Below, piece after piece: positions 56,926 to 64,000 of a DNA stretch of 64,000 nt (position 1 is its first letter; each line of letters starts with the position of its first letter). Both the position numbers and the translations under genes were made by a program. This stretch comes from Octopus vulgaris (Eukaryota), in the NCBI GenBank assembly GCA_951406725.2, contig OX597816.1, positions 138,136,001 to 138,200,000 on the forward strand, in the 5' to 3' direction. The notes below the pieces were generated by a model, which worked only from the letters and a program-made list of their open reading frames with translations, did no database searches and was not told where the DNA came from.

Positions 56926-57716
56926 CACACCCCTAAAAACAAAACCAAATAACCAAATAACCAGCAACCAGCAACCAAGCTCCTAACTCACTCATTCGCC
57001 CACAAACACTCATCATATTTTGGTTACCTCTGAACTGACAGCTCTTTCACTCTGGCTACATCTCCTGACAACATTCGTTAGTTACTCGAAAATTGCCAAA
57101 ACCTGATACATACAAACTATTTCAGACATCGTTTATAAAGAAAATTAGCAGAACAGACCTTGTTTAGCTACTACAATCATTGCACGCCAGACTTTTTCAC
57201 TCAATTTCTTATTGTTCTATATTCCTCTCTGCTTTTGTTATGCTTTTGTTTTGCTATTATTGTCATTATTATTGTTATTGTTATTATTGTTTTAGCTTTT
57301 TTTTACTTCCCCTTCTTTTCTTCACTCTACATTCTTTCTCTCCCTTCTTCTTCTTCTTCTCTCTCTCTCTCTCTCTATCTATCTCCGTCTTTCTCACAGT
57401 GTTTCTCTCTCTAAGTTTCTTATTCTTCTGATGTGTACGCATGTGAAAATTCATATGTGCGTGTGTGTATGTGTACGTTTGTGTGAGTGTGCACATGCGT
57501 GCATGTGTATTTATTTACATACATACATACAAGCATATATATATACGCACACATACGTACATACATACATAATACATACATAATTCATACATATACACGC
57601 ATACATATATATATATCTTCACTCACATACATATATGTATACATAAACATACATATTACATACATGCGTACTAACATATATACATACATCTATATATGTG
57701 TGTGTGAGAGTGTGTG

Positions 57717-57748
<32 letters not shown>

Positions 57749-57772
57749 TGTATGTATGTATGTATATGTATG

Positions 57773-57804
<32 letters not shown>

Positions 57805-57858
57805 TGTATGTATGTATGTATATGTACTTGTGATGTATGAGTATGTGTACACAGCTAG

Positions 57859-57916
<58 letters not shown>

Positions 57917-59442
57917 TCAGAGTAATGTATGTACACACGTTTATACACATACGTGTATATATTCACATATTTTCAACACACACACAAACATACACTCTCC
58001 CTTCCTCGCTTCTTACCTCCCTCCCCCTCTCTCTCTCATACGCACTCACTCACATACACACACAAACACATAGACGTTCGTAAATATATTTACATAGACA
58101 AAATATATCCATACATCCTTTGAGAACCTCTCAAGTGACAATGTATGTCAAAATGATTGAGCGTTAGTCATGTATTTGACATTTAACGTAAATCTACTTT
58201 AAATTGACACAGACTTGTAATGTACAGCTGATCATTAGTTTCTCATTTCAATTTCGTTTATTCAAGGAGACGTAACATATAAGCTGTCAGTTTTTTCCAC
58301 CCCCTGTTCACGAGTTCGCATTCCGAGACAGTCACAAACGTTGCGTTTTATCTCTCTGCTTACACTTTATCTGCTTCAGATTAGCCAACAGAGGAAGATT
58401 TATTTAACAACATGCCAAAATTGTATACTAAATATTGGGTTTACATTTCAGGGTTAGAATCTACTTCAGCTCTTAATAATTGCCGTTCCTATTAAAAGGC
58501 ACATGTGCGAACTACATTATAGGACTGTTCAGATATCTGTAATGACGACGCTGCCGTTAAAAGCAGGCATTTACAAACAGATCCAAAGCTATTTTACTTG
58601 TTATGATTGCACTCTTAATTCTCGACTGCTTTTAGTGATTTTCACTATATTGCCATTATTTGTAACCCTTTCTGCCTCTATTATGCAACTAAATTTTGGC
58701 TGGTTCTCAGAAGCCTCTGTTTCACCCATCCAAGACAATCTGCAAAGTTTGATGAACGTAAACTACGTTTCTGACTACAGTTCCATATATACTCTTATGG
58801 TGAATCCTTCTTTGGTATCCTCTACTCGTCCCCTTATCCATTTTCTTTCTCTCGCGTCCTATACATTATATTACTCTTTTATCCGTATCATCATGTGAAT
58901 TATGGCCATACTGAAGTACCGGAGTCTGGCAATTAATCAAATACATGTGGGTACGAACCGACGTGGACATTCGACCGCTGGAAGGTAAATCCAATGATTT
59001 AGCCACTCGGCCGTCGTGCTTAGCTAAAAGCATTTTACAGTCTTTCTTCACCAGACATGAAGCTCCAGAAAAACTTACCAGCTTTCGTTTTCTCTGCAAC
59101 AGTGGTTCTCCAAGAGTGCACTTCTAGGAGCGTTGGAAAAGGGTATCTCGGTACGCCACAGAGGATAACTACATGCATAGCGGGTTTTGAAGCTATATAT
59201 AATTATGTTAGACACACATATGATTAATCAAACAAAGTAGACAACCGTTTTCGAAACTCTCTTTTTTTTGTAGTTTTAACTTTCAAAAAATTTTTTTTCT
59301 AAGTATACTTTTCATGCGAACTATGCTAGTAATTTCTTGTATAATCTCAAATGCATCATGAGGTCAGTAAGACGGAAAACAATTACTATACAAACATTAA
59401 TTTCAATTAGTTCACATTAACCACATTGACCTCATCACTGAA

Positions 59443-59492
<50 letters not shown>

Positions 59493-59974
59493 CGATAGAT
59501 TGATAGATACATAGAGAGAAGGAGAGAGAGTGAGATTGTGTGTGTGTGTATCGGCAAGGTTCATATGCGCTGACCATTCTTCTCCCAGATGACTCCTCTG
59601 TGACATACAGTTAATGTGTTTCCAACGATACATTACTGGACATTGTAACTGTCAAGTCCTAGACTGATTGTAAATGTAGTATTGATGATTTGCTAAAGGT
59701 CATGTATATGACGCCAAAAACGTTTACGACTTGTTGAAACGATCAACATATCTCACACATTGTATCCTTTATATTTCAATCTACAAAGTAGCTGCAAAAC
59801 TCTACGGCTACTAATTATTAGTAGGAAATTTTTTTAAAAATCTAGTAGTACACCACATGTACACCTAAAGATTAAGATTTACAGTAAAAGATAATCCTGA
59901 CACATATTTTAACATGAGGAACCGTTAATCATGACATTTTTTTCTCTTTCTCACTACATTTTTCCCTCTCATCC

Positions 59975-60010
59975 CTTTCTGTCGAAGAGCGTAGGCTCGA
60001 AACGTCAAAG
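59975..60010 (+). ncRNA. Minimal type I hammerhead motif (A6U variant)
   Basis: CUUU-CUGUCGA-A-GAGC-guag-GCUC-GAAA-CG-UC-AAAG. Confidence 0.7.
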
Positions 60011-60568
60011 ACTTTTCCATTTTATCCGAGCGTCAAACTAATACACTTGCTTGTTGCTCTCTTACTAGTCTCTGTTTTTTGTTTTCTATGCATTTGGACC
60101 TAATATAAATATAATTTGTTATGTCTCAGAAAGGCCACTCATTAGAAGACATTTTATCGTTTCACGTCCACTGCAGTACATACCTGGTATTCTGCATACA
60201 AGTTGCTGTTTATCTCCATTTCAAATCTGATCGATCAAATATTTGTCTAAAGGAAATCCAGCCGTGACTGCACCGTCCTTTTTGCGGTATCTAGGACTCT
60301 GTCATCAAATGTGTAATTTTAAAGCAGAGTGGGGCGAAGTATTATTTGTATGAGATTTCACTGATATTTGTAGCAAGCGTGGTGACCGCGTATAGGCTTA
60401 GTCGTTCGTTCGTCTGGTACTGGTTCTACTGACACAAAGCGGCTGATAAAAATCGAAAGGAAACAAATGATAAAAGTGAAAGACGGTCCAAGGTGACACA
60501 GTGATAACAGACGTTATAGATTACCACAAGACATTTAAACTGGCATCCTAGGTGTCGATGATGATGAC

Positions 60569-60639
<71 letters not shown>

Positions 60640-61605
60640 CGACGATGATGATGATGATGGTAGTACTTGTTTTGTTGACTCCGGAGAGTCAACAATCAGT
60701 TATTTCATTGGTGTGTGTGTATGTTTTGCACGAGCTCTGTTAGAAGCCAAACAAACGGATTAAATACGGTATCATTATATTCGTAAGTGTTGCTACTTAG
60801 AGAAGAATCTTTGGCAAGGAACCAGCAGGTGAGACACAATTCAGACTATGCGATGGTGAACATACAAGTGTTCTAATCAACATTGTTCTCCCAAAGGCTA
60901 CATTATAGCAGTGCACGAACCATTTAGAAGTTTGCGGTTGCAAGCTTAAGATGAGAGATGCTTATGGAAGGACGTATCTAGAAGGTGAGTATAGTCTAAA
61001 CCCTCCTTCTTTTAAGGGAACGACCTCCTGAATGACATGCCTAACAAAAAATGACCTTTAATCTTTTTAGTAATGTTGATGATGAGCCATGTACCTTGCG
61101 GTTCGCTTCTTGGAAAAGATCGCCCTTGTTTGATATAAACCATCCCATTTCTAGAATTGATGAAGCAGAATCAAGCCACGTTTACAGACATGTGAATTCA
61201 AAGTAAAACTGATAAATTTCTGATACATATTACGCTATATATTAAATTAATGTGAGAAGTATGTGATCTGATGCTGACCAAGCAAACTGTTGCATGTAAA
61301 GACTCTTTTGACAGGGTAAAGATTGGTTTTGGATAAGTGAAGTAAAATCAAAATGGTTTGGACAACTGATATGTTCACCATGGGTAACGGTGGTTGGAAA
61401 TTCGAACTAACACAGTTCGAAATAAGCAAACGATTTGGTGAAGAGGGAGTTGTAGAAGTGGTAAAACGATTTTTTGTTTTTGTTTACATTGAGAATAAAA
61501 CGAAGGAGATAGTTTTGTAAGGATAGTGCCGAGTGTACATGTATATCTGTGTGTATGTGTATGTGTGTGTAATAGTTATATATATATATATATATAAGCA
61601 CACGT

Positions 61606-61886
61606 GAAGGTGCCTCGCATAGTGGTTAGCGTGTTCAGTTTATGCTAGGAAGTTGGTAAGTTTGGTTGCCGGCGGCGCGTTTTGTTTTTTAGCAACACAC
61701 TTTATTTCTCGTTGCACCAGTCCACTGAGCTGGCAAAAATGAGTTGTACCTGAAAATCAAAGGACCAGCATAATCTCATTCTGTGTCACACTGAATCTCC
61801 TTGAGGATTACGTTTGTTCATGAGCAGATTGTTCCGTTCAATCGATCAAATGGAACCCTCGTCATTGTAACCGATGGAAATCTAGT
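61606..61886 (+). mobile_element. CORE-type tRNA SINE
   Basis: tRNA-like head plus CACTTTATTTCTCGTTGCACCAGTCCACTGAGCTGG core. Confidence 0.7.
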
Positions 61887-61958
61887 TTATACATACATGT
61901 AACTACAAGTGTGCTGTTGCTTATTTCTTTTCGCTCTCTGGACTTTTCCCTTTCTCTT

Positions 61959-61991
61959 TTTCAGACGAAGAGCTATGCTCGAAACGTCAAA
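61959..61991 (+). ncRNA. Minimal hammerhead motif (U4A)
   Basis: UUU-CAGACGA-A-GAGC-uau-GCUC-GAAA-CG-UC-AAA. Confidence 0.6.
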
Positions 61992-62191
61992 CTCTCTACT
62001 TTCAGTGAGCGTCAAGCTAATACATTTCGTGTACAAGGCTTCATGCAGACAATCTATCGTATTTTTCATTTATTTAATATTCATTGGAATGTTAAAATCT
62101 TGAAGGATGAAGAGGAGGATGTAGTGTCTATAGCAGATTGGTACCTCAGTCTTACTAAACCAAAATTATTATTAATATAGATTCGAATTAT

Positions 62192-62385
62192 AAGACGGTG
62201 AGCTGGCAGAATCGTTAGCACGCCGGGCGAAATGCGTAGCCGTATTTCGTCTGCCGATACGTTCAGAGTCCAAATTCCGCCGAGGTCGACTTTACCTTTC
62301 GTCTTTCTGGGTCGATAAATTAAGTACCAGTTGCGTACTAGAGTCGATCTAGTCGAGAAGCCCCCTCCTCCAGTAGAAAAGAATA
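62192..62385 (+). mobile_element. SINE family A
   Basis: GGTGAGCTGGCAGAATCGTTAGCACGCCGGGCG...CAAATTCCGCCGAGGTCGAC. Confidence 0.88.
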
Positions 62386-62413
62386 TAGATTTGAATTATT
62401 TGTCTATTTGAAT

Positions 62414-62454
<41 letters not shown>

Positions 62455-62562
62455 TTTCACGAAACTCCTGGAACTTGAGACACTCTTTTACTTCCGCTGA
62501 ATGTCAATATTTGTATTATAGTGCATTGTTGTACCATTCAAAACTTTTATTCTTTATCAATA

Positions 62563-62970
62563 TAGGCGCAGGAGTGGTTGTATGGTAAGTAGCTTGCTTA
62601 CCAACCGCATGATTCTGGGTTCAGTCCCACTGCGTGGCACCTTGGTCGAGTGTCTTCTATAGCCTCGGGCCGACCAAAGCCTTGTGAGCGGATTTGGTAG
62701 ACGGAAACTGAAAGAAGCCCGTCGTATATGTGTATATATATGTATGTGTATGTGTGTGTAGGTTTGTGTGTCTGTGTTTGCCCCCCCCCACATCGCTTGA
62801 CAGCCGATGCTGGTGTGTTTACGTCCCCTTAATCTAGCGGTTCGGTCAAAGACCGAGAGAATATGTACTAGGCTTGCAAAGAATAAATCCTGGGGTCGGT
62901 TTGCTCGCGTAAATGTGGTGCTCCAGAGTGGCCGCAGTCAAATGACTGAAACAATTAAAAGAGTGAAGAG
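62563..62970 (+). mobile_element. SINE family B
   Basis: Collinear with 38260-38674. Confidence 0.88.
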
Positions 62971-63614
62971 TATATATATATATATTTACACACATACATA
63001 TATACACAAGTGTATATAATTGTGTGTGTGTTTTGTGCCTGTTGATGTGTATGACTGTATGCATGTGTGCTCGTCTTCGCGTGTATATTTTTCCAAGTCT
63101 CGAGGCACCATGTACCTGGAACCAGATAGTTCTTCTGCATGCCAGAACGTCGTGCAAAGTCATTTTAAAGGAGAGCAAAAATTACCCATGCATACAAATC
63201 CCCCATTCTCCACGCCAAATAAAGTTTTCCCAAGAATGGCAAACGGCCGACACAGCCTGGCACCAGTGCTATGGCAGGCGTTGCCGTCAGACTAATAAAA
63301 GTTGGAACATATACGGCAAGGCATCCTTTATGACGCCCTAACAATTCGGACAATCAACCGCCCTGCACCTGTACTTTAGAAGTGCGCACACACACACACA
63401 CACACAAACAAACAAACAAACACACATGCACACATGCATGCATGCAAGCACACATGCTCACAAGTGCACACGTAAACAAGCACACACATATAAATATGTA
63501 TACAGACATATATACTTATATATATACTTATATGTATATATATATATATACTTACATATTTATATATATTTATACATACACACATATATACGTAGACATA
63601 TATGCATATATATG

Positions 63615-63669
<55 letters not shown>

Positions 63670-64000
63670 TATGTATGCATGTATGTATGTATGTATATAT
63701 ATACATATATACACACACACACACATATATGTATACATATACATATGTGCGCGTATGCGTGCGTGTGTGCGTATGTGTGTCTGTGTGTGTGTGTGTGTGC
63801 GTGTGAGTGTGTGTCTATCATGTCATATCCTATCGTATGCTTGATTCAGTCGAGAGAGCGCCAGTCAGAAATAATTAACCCAGTTATATCTTCTTACCAG
63901 TATTCACTAAGAAATTTCTAATTAAACATTGACACATGAAAGAAGAAGGAACATTTTACACCAAACTAGTGCCGAATGTAAGTTATCAAGTGTAGGCATG

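Noticed and set aside
55837-56952. 371-aa mucin/extensin-like ORF
   Set aside because: Stop-free only because of ACC/ACT/ACA repeats. No signal peptide or domain.
58480-59100. Possible coding segment (131-aa and 77-aa ORFs)
   Set aside because: Only faint LINE-like residues (PVLQYG). Too weak to call a gene or family.

Overview
Gene-poor, repeat-saturated, AT-rich animal DNA. The SINE families and dense (AT)n/(AAT)n/(ATAC)n microsatellites suggest an octopus or other coleoid cephalopod (inference from recall, not a search). I recognise no host protein-coding gene, and most ORFs in the track are microsatellite translations. Identifiable content: (1) an ~8 kb (TAA)n field at 11.3-19.3 kb holding four R4/Dong-type retrotransposon fragments, a TAA-embedded non-coding element, a nested ~650 bp inverted duplication and unusually long flanking duplications; (2) four Penelope-like retroelement remnants (one young Neptune-type, three Naiad-type) plus six minimal hammerhead-ribozyme-like motifs, several with core variants; (3) a full-length mariner, other Tc1/mariner fragments, a Tigger-type MITE and a hAT MITE; (4) RTE and CR1/Jockey-like LINE debris; (5) many tRNA-derived SINEs. 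The best leads are the variant hammerheads, the long duplications around Dong insertions, and a TGA at a Naiad zinc-finger cysteine. None amounts to a demonstrated new system. Coordinates were counted by hand, and boundaries of degenerate elements are approximate.
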